NCBI RefSeq assembly: GCF_004010195.1
Contig: NC_057718.1
Span: forward strand, 16,646,192-16,710,191
Source of the DNA: Chiloscyllium plagiosum
Lineage: Eukaryota
Length of the DNA stretch: 64,000 nucleotides
Direction of reading: 5' to 3'
The notes beneath the pieces are model-generated. The model had not been told where the DNA came from. It was given only the letters and a program-made list of their open reading frames with translations, and did no database searches. Made by a program: the position numbers and the translations under genes. Each line of letters begins with the position of its first letter. Position 1 is the stretch's first letter. Below, in pieces: positions 50,154-61,627 of this stretch.

Positions 50154-51607
50154 TTCTGCTTAAAGAATTGCTCAGGATTGCAAATTATTTTTGTTAATTT
50201 CACAAAATTCTAATGTGCAGAAAAGGTAAATAAGTATTTTCTGACCTTGTTCAATTTATTCTCTGTTCATCATTTAAACCAACTATTTTATTTTCAATAA
50301 ATAGATAAATATCACATAATTTGCACATTAGAAATCAACATTTTAAAGAAAGTAGACCAGATGTTAATGAGATCCTTCAGCAATAATTACACTCAGCGAC
50401 TCACATAGGTTGCAAATAAACTTCCTTATTTAACAAAAGAATAAAGTTAATTCAAAAAGAGAAAGAACAATTAATTATATTGAGAACACTGAGAAAATTT
50501 ATAAACAAAACAAAGCATAATCAACGTACTGTCTTAGATATAAATTTGCTGATTTAGTAAAACAAAAAGCTCACATTGGAGAATAAAACAGATTGGTAAA
50601 GGTTCAATGCAGATATTTCATATTGGAGATTCTGCTTCAACATTGTGACATTTACATAGTAAGCTGCACACATGAAAATGCCTGATTTATATAAATAAGA
50701 TGATAATCCTGTTCCTCAGCCTCATCGGCTTGTTAAAATCTACAATTCTGGACTTTGAAAATTCTTCAAGAATTCTAAATATGTGCATCTTTTTAGTAGT
50801 CTGTCCATTGAAACTTTGAGTGGAATCTTCTCAGCTTCTGAATGGTATGGGCTTTGGCAAGAAATTTGGGAAAATCGGAGAAATTGTCCAGCAAGGTCCT
50901 TCTCAACAGTGAGATGAAACATTTTATTTCCAACTAGGTCCAGGACGTCAAGAAAGATTGTTACTAATGAGTCGCAAGAGCCCTATTGACATGAATAATC
51001 ATTTATTATCACTCTTAATAATTAATCTTGGGTCATTAATATGCAGTTTCCAATTCTCCCACCTGCTGGATAGAAACCTGACACTGAGAATTCCTGACAG
51101 AAAATTCAGAATGGAGCCTGGTGACTCCACATTGCTGCTTGCTTCTCCAAATCTCCAATGTGGATGCTCAGCACCAGTATCTCAGGGCACACTCCATGGA
51201 CAGTCACTACCTGCAACCCATATCCATGGATGTTGGCATCTGACACATATCAGTCCCACATCTCTGTCACATCTCTGATATATTTGCAAGATGGTTCTGC
51301 ACTTCCATGCTACACTTTGGAGTGCACTAGCACTTTTAATTGCAATGTTGCTTAATAGATACTTTCCATGTAGGGACAGACACCCAGCTCACTAATTGGA
51401 TGATGGGACGTCCCAGGGAAACTTGATTTCTCTCGTAATATGCTCTCACATTCTGCACACCTGGATGCTTTCAATATCCCTGCTTTGCCTTTGTGCGCTT
51501 TTCTTCCTCAGGCAGACTGGAAAGGCTTTCTGTACTTATGTCTTGGCTTGATGTTTAGAGCAGACATAAAAGCCAGGCGACTAATCATGCTTGTTACCAG
51601 TCAAGGG

Positions 51608-51748
51608 TGTGGAGATGCCAGTGTTGGACTGAGGTGGACCAGTTAAAAATCACACAACACCAAGTTATAGTCCAATAGGTTTTATTGGAAGTACTGGCTT
51701 TCAAAGCACGGCTCCTTCATCAGCTACCTGGTGTTGTGTGATTTTTAA
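51608..51748. mobile_element. Penelope-like insertion (family B), partly inverted
   Basis: ggagatgccagtgttggact...gctccttcatcag, then inverted ctggtgttgtgtgatttttaa. Confidence 0.72.
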
Positions 51749-52299
51749 TCATAAAGGGGGCAGACATGTTGCTATACAGAACAGTGCTCTGTCAATCACA
51801 CAATGCAGTATGCACAGGCAGCAGCCAATGTGGCAAAATACATCAATCAAAAGACTATGTCTCAATGTTGAAGGTGAATAGTCCTCAGGCAACTGAAGGA
51901 GGGCTGCCATCAGTCAGGGAGTCTTTATAGTCAGTTAATCAAGGGTATGCAATTATGGGTTCAAAGATTCCCATCTTGACCAGCCTCACTAATTTTGCCT
52001 CAAACTTTGGTCTGATTGCATAAAGCACTGATCTAGCCCTGAATCATTTCACTTGATTCTCATTCTTGTTTTTCAACTTGACAGAGATCTTTTCCATGCT
52101 TCCTGGATCCCCACTGAAAACCATGTAATGTTTCTTTAGAATTTGTAATAGATCAGTCTCAGAAACTGATTAGTGATTTACTTCAGTCCAGTTGAGTTTG
52201 ATTTTCTTCAAATAGGGTCTTCCCTATAAACGGGAAAATTTCCTTTCACAATGTGAAAGGACAAATCTTCAGACTATATAAACGACATTCACAATTTCT

Positions 52300-53300
52300 G
52301 GGTTTTCATCGGTAATCTAGTCTGGATTGCTTCACATATTAAACCCCACACAAGTTTGTCTCATTTCATTTGTTTCTGAATTTGCAGAATTCTGCCAACT
52401 CCTTTAAAATTGCTATGAACTGGGATATAGATTCTTCATTGTGCTAATTGCATCTGTGGGATGGTTCTGTCAGTTTCTACTATTGCTTCATAATGTTCTG
52501 TAAAATATATTCTGATGTTTTCATTACTACTGACATCACATTGATAATTGTTTAGTCCTCCATTCCTCCTTTCCACCCCCTTTTAAATAGTGGAGTAACA
52601 TTTGGTACCTTATAGTCTGGAAAATGTTTTCAAGGATCCTTGGCATTCCAACAGATAACCTCTATCTCTATAGTCTCCTCTCTTTAGACACTGGTATTTA
52701 GCTCAACTGATCTGGCGGTGGTCAACCTTCAATCCAGTTTATTTTTCAAATGCTATCTTTTTTTAATGTTAATTTCTTTCAGTTTCACAAGTGTCTTGGT
52801 TGCCTAATATTTCTGATAGATATTCTATATCTTCTGTGAATACAGTCAAAATAACTGTCTAGTTTCTACAACACTTCCCTGTTCTCCACTATAAATTCCC
52901 CTTTCTTCACCTATAATGTGTACAATTTTCTGTTTTTTTTTCAAGTACCAAAAAAGATTTTACAGTCTGCCTTATTGTTTCTCACCTGGCATTCATTTCT
53001 CTTTTCCCTTTCATCCTACATTTCTTGGTCATCCTTCAATGGGATCTATATTGCTCCCAGACTTAGCATTTTTTTTTCTGGCATCTTTATAAGTTACTTC
53101 CGTTGAGTCAATTCAGTCTTTAACTTATTTTGCTGGCCAGGGTTGATACAATTTTCCTATTGGATATTTGTGCATTATTGCAGAATTTATAATACTTTTC
53201 TTAAATATTAGCCATTATATGTTTAAACGTAAACCTTTGAATGTATTTTACAAATCCATCACAGCCAACTTGCCCCTCATATCTTCCGTAGTTTATTATA
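52300..53300 (-). mobile_element. Very old CR1 fragment
   Basis: Degraded ORF2-like sequence on the minus strand (e.g. ctggtatttagctcaactgatctgg resembling NYRPVSL). Confidence 0.5.
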
Positions 53301-53782
53301 AAAATAACATTTTCTATGCAAAATGAAAATAAACTCTACAAGGTTATGAATTTGTCTAAATGCATGGACTTCAAAAACATAATTCACTTGATAGACACAA
53401 CTGCACAAAAGCATAAAGTGGCATCAGGCGTAGCGGAATGTAAATTATATATCTCTCTCTACTTCATCCACAGGTTCAGTCATAGACCATAAGAAAGAGG
53501 AGCAGGAGTAGGCTGTTCAGCGCCTTAGGCCTGGTCTGCCATTCAATAGGCTCATGGCTGATCTGGAACTCCTCACAAATACTTGTTGCCCTTTCTCCAT
53601 AATCCTTGATTCCCCTGCTGGTACGAAGGAATCCTAAAAGTAGGTTAGATGATTTTTGCACACAGGAACTGGAAATTGGGGTAAAATTAACCCTGACTTT
53701 TCACTTGCATTTTCAAACAGCTGGTTCCAAAAACTCACTGATGCTACATTACGGTCAGGTTCTTCATTCTCTTAAATAAAAC

Positions 53783-53958
53783 TAAAAAACAACAGATGGT
53801 GGAAATCTAAAAGAAACAAGAACAGAAAGTCCTGGAGAAACTCGATATGTCTGGCAGCATCTGTGGAGAGTGACTGTTTCGAGTCCAGTGACCCTTCAAA
53901 GAACCACTGGACACGAAATGTTAAATCTGTATTTCTTCAGCACTTTCTGTTTTTGTTC
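53783..53958. mobile_element. Penelope-like palindromic insertion (family C)
   Basis: tttcgagtccagtgacccttc / cactggacacgaaatgttaa inverted pair. Confidence 0.65.
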
Positions 53959-54149
53959 ACCATTCTCTTGACTGGTGCACACCCTGGGAGGCCCAAAGAA
54001 AATAAAGAGTTTGAGAACAGTTTGGGAGAGTACGGTACATGCAAAGTATATTTTTAAACAGCTAGATGACATATATCAAGCAGTTGTATTGCTTAACAAT
54101 TAGATCATTACACAACTTCCTATATTGCAAGCCATCTTGCATATTCTTA

Positions 54150-54830
54150 TGTAGAACGTTTACATTTCTTTTACATGAATATAGAAAGTTTGGCGAGAAA
54201 GTGAAAAAGAAGCAAGAGAGGCAATGAGAATAAAAGAGAAAGAACTGACAGCTAGCATAAAAGAATATCCAAGTGTGTTCTAAGTATATAAAAACACAGG
54301 ATGGAATTGATGAGAGAATAAAAGAATCTATGCATGGAAAGAGAGGGCATGGTTGAGGCACTAATTGAATACTTCACATCAGTCTTTACTCAGGTAAAAG
54401 GTACAGGATTGTGAAAGAGTTCTTGGAAAATATCCCTGGACTGGGTATAAATTGACAAAGCGGAGGCAGCTCTAAAAGCTGAAGATCATGAGGAAAAAAA
54501 AGGCAGCAATGTATATAAAATTGGTTGAATAATGGCAAAGAAAGAGAAATGATAAATGGTTGTTTTTAGATTGGACGGCATTGGATTCAGTTCTGGGATC
54601 ATTGCACTGAGCTATTTTAAAGACCTAGATTCTGGAGTGCAAATCATAATTTCAAAACTTGCAAATGGTACAAAGCTTGAAAGCTTTTGGAACTGTGTGG
54701 AGAATAGTGATAGACTTCAAGAAAACATACACAGGTTGGTGGAATGGGCAGAAATGTGGCAGATAGAACTTAGTGCAGTGAATTATGAAGTGGCACCTTT
54801 GGGAGGTTGAATGAGATGCAGATCTATGTC
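54150..54830 (+). mobile_element. Very old CR1 fragment
   Basis: LIEYFTSVFT, ISKLANGTKL, RLQENIHRLVEWAEMWQ motifs. Confidence 0.7.
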
Positions 54831-55476
54831 TGGGGTGTGGATGTCCCCATTTCTGATGGCATTTTAAATCGGCCATGATATCAACACAATGTCAACAAGC
54901 AATGTCAATCCCACTGAACTATTGACACAGTCAGCAAAACAACAAGTAAAATGTATTGTCTTTTCTACTTTCAATGAAAATTTCAGAGATAATTAAATGA
55001 ATGGGGTGCACATGAGATTACGATCTAAGTTGAAATAGCATTTTAAAAACTTTTAAAAAGAAATTTTAAACATTTTTTTATCATAATGGAGAAATTTTAT
55101 GTTGTCCAAATATAAAATAACTCCTTCAGGGCCAAAGGGTTGTGCATTAGTAAAGATCAATTAAATAATAAAAAAAAGTTACACCAGTTTCAACAAGTAT
55201 AACTCTTCCAGATTTTTTTTTAATGGTAAGACTAATAGGGTGAAAGGGCAAGTTCTTGTAAGTTCAATCATTTATACTTGATTGCAATTTTGGTGCAGGT
55301 GGAGAGCTAAATGAAAAGGGTGCATTGAATCTTACAGAAAATTCAAGATTTCTGCTTTTAACCAGAAATTGCTATTATTTCATTGGAATAATATTGTGAA
55401 TTCTACATTCCTACCGCAAAATCCAGCTGATAAAACTCAAAAGCAACGGGATGTGCTTAACTGGCCCAGTATTTAT

Positions 55477-56355
55477 ATAGAAATAGAACATAGAAGAATA
55501 TAGCGCAGTACAGGCCCTTCGGCCCTCGATGTTGCGCCGATCCAAGCCCACCTAACCTACACTAGCCCACTATCCTCCATATGCCTATCCAATGCCCGCT
55601 TAAATGCCCATAATGAGGGAGAGTCCACCACTGCTACTGGCAGGGCATTCCATGAACTCACGACTCGCTGAGTAAAGAACCTACCCCTAACATCTGTCCT
55701 ATACCTACCCCCCCTTAATTTAAAGCTATGCCCCCTTGTAATAGCTGACTCCATATGTGGAAAAAGTTTCTCACTGTCGACCCTACCTAAACCCCTAATC
55801 ATCTTGTNNNNNNNNNNNNNNNNNNNNNNNNNNNNNNNNNNNNNNNNNNNNNNNNNNNNNNNNNNNNNNNNNNNNNNNNNNNNNNNNNNNNNNNNNNNNN
55901 NNNNNNNNNNNNNNNNNNNNNNNNNNNNNNNNNNNNNNNNNNNNNNNNNNNNNNNNNNNNNNNNNNNNNNNNNNNNNNNNNNNNNNNNNNNNNNNNNNNN
56001 NNNNNNNNNNNNNNNNNNNNNNNNNNNNNNNNNNNNNNNNNNNNNNNNNNNNNNNNNNNNNNNNNNNNGCCCAGTTCTGCAGCTTGTCTATATCCCGCTG
56101 TAACCTGCCACGTCCTTCCTCACTGTCTACAACTCCTCCTACTTTCGTATCATCCGCAAACTTGCTCACCTAACCTTCTAACCCCTCTTCCAGGTCATTT
56201 ATAAAAATGACAAACAGCAATGGTCCCAAAACAGATCCTTGCGGAACACCGCTAGTGACGGCACTCCAAGATGAACCTTTGCCATCAACTACTACCCTCT
56301 GTCTTCTTCCAGCCAGCCAACTCCTAATCCAAACCTCCAACTCACCCTCAATGCT
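55477..56355 (-). mobile_element. Young CR1, 5'-truncated, spanning an assembly gap
   Basis: [32 protein letters not shown] motifs; tail atagaaatagaacatagaa. Confidence 0.93.
55808..56068. other. Assembly gap (261 N)
   Basis: Run of N. Confidence 1.
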
Positions 56356-56499
56356 CAACATAAGTCTGCACCCATCCTTTTTCATTCAACTCTTTTAGCA
56401 TTACCTTTGGTTTCTTTCCCTCACAGATGTTTAACTCACTTCTCCTTAAGTGCATCTGTACTGTTCATATTATGTTTGGAACGTTGAGACTAACATACC

Positions 56500-56900
56500 T
56501 TGAGTGACTTCCTGAGTTGGCCTTCCTGATATCTGCAGGGAACCTTCTTCTTCATTAGTTGACAGCTATAAACCCAAATGCCCATCACAACATCCATACA
56601 TCCCAAAGGAACACGTTCTACACCTATAAATTGCCAAGTACCCACCTTTTGGTGGTGGACCTCTTGGTTGGCTGCAACTATCACCAAATGCAACCTGGTA
56701 ACCAGTCCAACCGATGGGGTTCAGATTATAATCTTTCACAGAAATTCTGGTCAGCCTCAAGCAGTTGAGGACAGGTCAAGCAAGGTGTGGTCACTTGCAC
56801 TACAAGTGCAATAGCTCAGGTTGTGATTGGCATGTAAGTATCTTGCAACATATATCAAAATAGAATAACTGTGTGACATCTTCAGCTATCATCACTGATC
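56500..56900 (+). mobile_element. Vingi/Ingi-like LINE C-terminal relic
   Basis: YNLSQKFWS / LKQLRTGQARCGHLHYK resembles the PGxDLPRxxWxxLNRLRTGxGRCxxxxHKW motif. Confidence 0.5.
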
Positions 56901-58204
56901 CTCTAACACCTCTGGACCCTAATTTTATAAACCTATGGCTTATCTATACTGAATAATTAATGCAGTGATAATGTTCACAGATAAAGTGTTATTGTGACTA
57001 TGCAGAGGCCAGCCTTTCTTGTTGGCTTTTGACATTGTGTTCATTTCTGGTTGGCTTGAGTTATTTGCAACACTTCCACTGGAGAGTTGCTGAATTCAGT
57101 CAATGCTTTAATTTGTTTTCTATTCATTTTCTTCCCACCAAAGAAATCACACTATACACTTTTGCTCAGTAACAAAATTTCATTTCTACAAATTCCTTAT
57201 TTCTTTTAACCACAGGACCAGCAATAGTACATTGAATTTTTAGCCCTTGCTGATAAGAGATACACATCTTGGAATCAGATGGCACTCTAAAAACCTTTGG
57301 TTTTACTGATGTTGCTAAAATGTTTTATTTGTGCACTGAACTGAAATGTCAACAATATAGCAAAATTACATTATTGCCTATATTTCTTAAACACATGAGA
57401 ACTGAATGATTTTACTGGATTTGTTTAAAACAGTTACCCTTATTTTTGGATAGTTGTTGCAAAAATGCAGCTTCGCAAACACTAAAATTGTAGACTGCAG
57501 TTCGGTGAAAAACTGACAGATGTTTCAGCATATTTGGCACTGACATCTGAACAGCAATACTGATAAACAGAAGTAGCATTGGAGTGATATACTGGGACCT
57601 CTCCCAATCCATAGCAGCTCACAACACTTTCGAGAAAAAATCTTTAGCAGTCTCATTTGGCAGTGATTTGCAGTCCACAATCTGACAAACTTGCTGCCTG
57701 AGCCCAACAGACTCACATACATATGGATGACATACATGGTTCAATCATCTGCTTACTGCTCTCAAACAAATTGACACCAGAACTAACCTTCACAATATTT
57801 TAATAGTCATAAATTCATTTCTTAAATAAGTATTTCAGTTTTAGATCAATAGAGTCCAATTCAACCTTGTGATTACATAAATACCCCATTTCAACAATCA
57901 AAATACCAGGTATTGTTATTAGTTTATTTAAAATAGTAATTCAAACATGAAAACTGCTGAAACACTGTGCAACTGAACAGGACATGCTTGATTTTCAGTT
58001 CTCCCAATTTTTATATTGTCACCGGTGCTAAGCATTTGTCAAAAAAGAGACCAATGATTGTTTGGGAGCTCAGTGCAGGATCTTTGATCCCTAATTAGTA
58101 TTCAAAGGCAGAACTGATTAGGAAATGGCTTGCTGGACTAAAGAAAAGAGGTAATTCAGAAGTGTAAGAAGCAAATCTAGGAGAAAAGCTCAATAATGGA
58201 TCGT

Positions 58205-58422
58205 CATGATTTGGAGATGCCAGTGTTGGATGGGAGTGTACAAAGTTAAAAATCACACAACACCAGGTTATAGTCCAACAGGTTTATTTGGAAGCACTAG
58301 CTTTCAGAGTGCTGCTCCTTCATCAGGTATTGTGATGCAACCACCTGATGAAGGAGCAACGCTCTGAAAGCTATGCTTCCAAATAAACCTGTTGGACAAA
58401 ACCTGGTATTGTGTGATTTTTA
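58205..58422. mobile_element. Penelope-like palindromic insertion (family B) with two divergent hammerhead cores
   Basis: Minus-strand core at 58298-58326 and plus-strand core at 58345-58373; ~80-bp inverted arms. Confidence 0.8.
58342..58376 (+). ncRNA. Minimal hammerhead ribozyme motif
   Basis: cac-CUGAUGA-A-GGAGC-AAC-GCUCU-GAAAGCUA; palindromic AGCU; predicted cleavage after CUA. Confidence 0.65.
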
Positions 58423-58863
58423 ATTGAATATGAGTAGGAATAATCATATTTAGTACAGATATCAGTATCAGTAACTCATAGAGTAGAAGGCAAGTCTGTG
58501 AAAAAAATGTTCAGCAATTAGGTACAACCTCATCACGTACTTTATAGGCTCAAAGGACAGAGACTCGATACTTAGCTCTGGTCATCTCCCAGTTGGACAC
58601 AAGAAAGAAACTGGAATGCATCCATATTAGCTTCTGTTGTGCACCAGCTTGTAGCTAATAAATAAACACAATAATATAGCAGTGATATGCAATATAATAG
58701 GCAGTGACCATGAAGAGAAATTTGATGATTTCTGCACAGCACTGGCTAATAGATTTCCTTGCAAACACAAGTGAAAAGCACAAGATATATAATGAGAGGA
58801 TGGCATCTCCCATTTAATCAACGGATGAGCCTCTGCTGTTGTTATAGGTGAGTTGATGGGAGA

Positions 58864-58866
<3 letters not shown>

Positions 58867-58894
<28 letters not shown>
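58867..58894. repeat. (TA)14 microsatellite
   Basis: Direct reading. Confidence 0.95.
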
Positions 58895-58899
<5 letters not shown>

Positions 58900-59012
58900 C
58901 TAAAAGCTGAATGAGGTGGACTGATAAGTTGCCTTTTTAGCAGATGCTTACAACCTGTTCTTGCAACCGTGCAATCTCATTCAAGCCACACAGCAGGCAT
59001 ATTATCATCATA

Positions 59013-59104
59013 TTCCTGGTGAAAGGCTTATGCTTGAAATGTTGACTGTCCTGCTCGTCGGATGCCACCTGATCGGCTGTGCTTTTCCAGCACCACATTT
59101 TTTT
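59013..59104 (+). mobile_element. Penelope-like short insertion (family A, degraded), 11-bp TSD
   Basis: ttatcatcata at 59002-59012 and 59105-59115; begins ttcctggtgaaaggcttatgcttgaaatgtt. Confidence 0.7.
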
Positions 59105-61291
59105 TTATCATCATAGCCTATTAGTGGAAATGTCTTCTTAGGTTATGAGTTTAATACTACAAGATTTAAATGTGATCATTTGTGAAGGTAAGTTCTGGTG
59201 TATCATTTGTCCAATATCTCATCTGTTCACCTTTTTAGAGATTGGTAATCAGCAGGTGAATTACATGTTCATCCCAAAAAATGTGGACATTTTAGACTAT
59301 GACCTCAGTTCCAGTTATACTACAGCATTAGAGAGCATCAATGTTAAACATGCTGTTCCACCTCTCTCCTTCTGGTCATTTTCAGAAAACACCAACTAGC
59401 CATCATGATTACATTTTACCAAGCCAATAAATCCAAGATCACATGGAAGCATTCTTTACTTGGCCGCTAGAACCTGATAGCTGTCACATAATAATTCGGT
59501 CAAAGATATGATGACAGTGGATGGTCTCTCTCTCTCTCACCACTTGGCTGGTAGTGGTTCATATGCAAAAACTTTACAGAAATTTGTCAGAAATGGTCAG
59601 TGACCTTCAGAGGTACACCATTGATCATACCTATAGTGAATGTGACGGAATATAAAACACAGCTGGCCCATGACTTCAACCTTTCTAAAAGTGGTTGTAA
59701 GTTTAGTACTTTTGCTTGGCTTTAAATATTTTCAGTATCCTTAAGGAGGTGGACAAATATTGTGCAAATCCTCAATTATCCCTTTGTTGCAAAACAACAG
59801 ACTTCCAGTATATATGTAAGACTGATTTGTCATCCCACTTGATCTTTCTAAAATCCAGTTTGCAACAAGCAACTATTGGGTTAAAAAGCAGCTAATTCAA
59901 ACAATATCCTGAAATAGATCTACAAGCATGAGACACGTGTTTAAAAGATTCTCCCCCCGCCCAACCATATAATAAAAATAAGAACATGAAACTAATACCA
60001 CACAAATTCAAAGAGTATCACTCCCCATCTAGTTCACACTATTTGTGTGTGAGCATGTTTTTTTTTTTATTTTGCTTGTGAATTTGGGTTTATTACATTT
60101 CATCTGCAGAAACCTTTTCTGTGGTTTTTCTTATTATTTCACATAGATTGATCTCAATTTAGAAATACACATAAATGAGCTTAACAGTGGAAAATCATGG
60201 AAAACTGGACTCTTACATCTTTATCATTACATTGAGTTCTGAGAATCTCGAATCCTACAAGTTTATTTAAAACTAAAGGCAGCAGAAAGACTGAATTGGT
60301 ACAGTGGGAATACGAATAAAAAGAGCAGAGGGACAGGTTTTCCATTTCAATTATGCCATAAATCTGTGTATCCTGGGGGGACATGATTGAAAAATCAGCC
60401 AGGGAGCTGTTCTGCCAGCTCCCTAGTACCCTCTGGAATTTTATACCAGTAGACACATTGACACATAAATATGTCTACTCAAATAACGGTTGACATTATA
60501 TAACATACCTTAATAATACTGGGTGCCAGGAACACCAGCGCTTTCCTGGTATCCAGTGCATCAGAGTTATCAGTTATATTACTTGATAAAAAAATCATCT
60601 GGCAGTGTCGATATGCTACGCTGTGGTAAAACAAAGCAGAAATTTCTCTCCCCCCCCCCCCCCACAATCCAAAATGCAACCAAAATCAGAGACAAATACT
60701 CCTGCAGCAGACAAGAAATTAGTTGGTTACAGTGATATTGGACAAAGTCATGCCTCAGCAAAAGATCTGTATAAGAAAATTAAATGAGAAGAGCATGTAT
60801 TGGTTAAACAACAGGAACAGTGCAATGAAAAGTAATCGAGTTGATACTTGAAGGTAGAAATGCTTTGGGGCAAATAAATGGGTAGCTTATTGCCTATGGA
60901 AGAAAGCTGAACAATTTGCATAGAAGAAATGAGTGGATTATGGTCATCCTCAATGGCAGAATATTTTTAATAAAAGCTTGCTTATTAAATGTTATTTACA
61001 AAATAATTTTTTTTAAACAATATTCTTTAATTTTCTGCTTAATCTAGTAGAAATTCAAGTAAATTGCCTATACAGCCACGGGAAAGCTTCTCAGCCTTAA
61101 ATATAACAAATACTGAACATTGGAGGACTGTAAGCTTACCAGCAATTATGTGGCACTCGAGCTCTTTCTGTACACTACACTTAGTGGTTGGTGAGTACTT
61201 TGAACATGACTGAAAAGTTACATGTTACCAGTAAAATCACAATTTCAATAGATTTTCTAATATTGCAATACATTAATGATGTAGAAAATTA

Positions 61292-61627
61292 GGGTGGCAC
61301 AGTGGCTCAGTGGTTAGCAATCACCTCACAGCGCCAGGGACCCAGGTTCAATTCTACCTTCGGATGACTATCTGAGAAGAGTTTGCACATTCTCCCCTGT
61401 CTCCTCCGGATGCTCTTATTTCCTTCCACAGTCCAAAATGTGCAGATAAGATGGATTGGCAGTGCTACATTACCCATTGTGTCGAGGAATGTACAGGTTA
61501 GGTAGATTAGCCATGGTAAAATGCAGGGTTCCAGGGATAGGGTTGGGGGTGGGTGGGTCTGGATGGGATATACTTCAGAGGGTTGGTGTGAACCTGATGG
61601 GCCGAATAGCCTGCTTCTATACTGTAG
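61292..61627 (+). mobile_element. HE1-type SINE
   Basis: tggctcagtggtt A box, ggttcaattc B box; homologous to 9706-10058. Confidence 0.9.
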
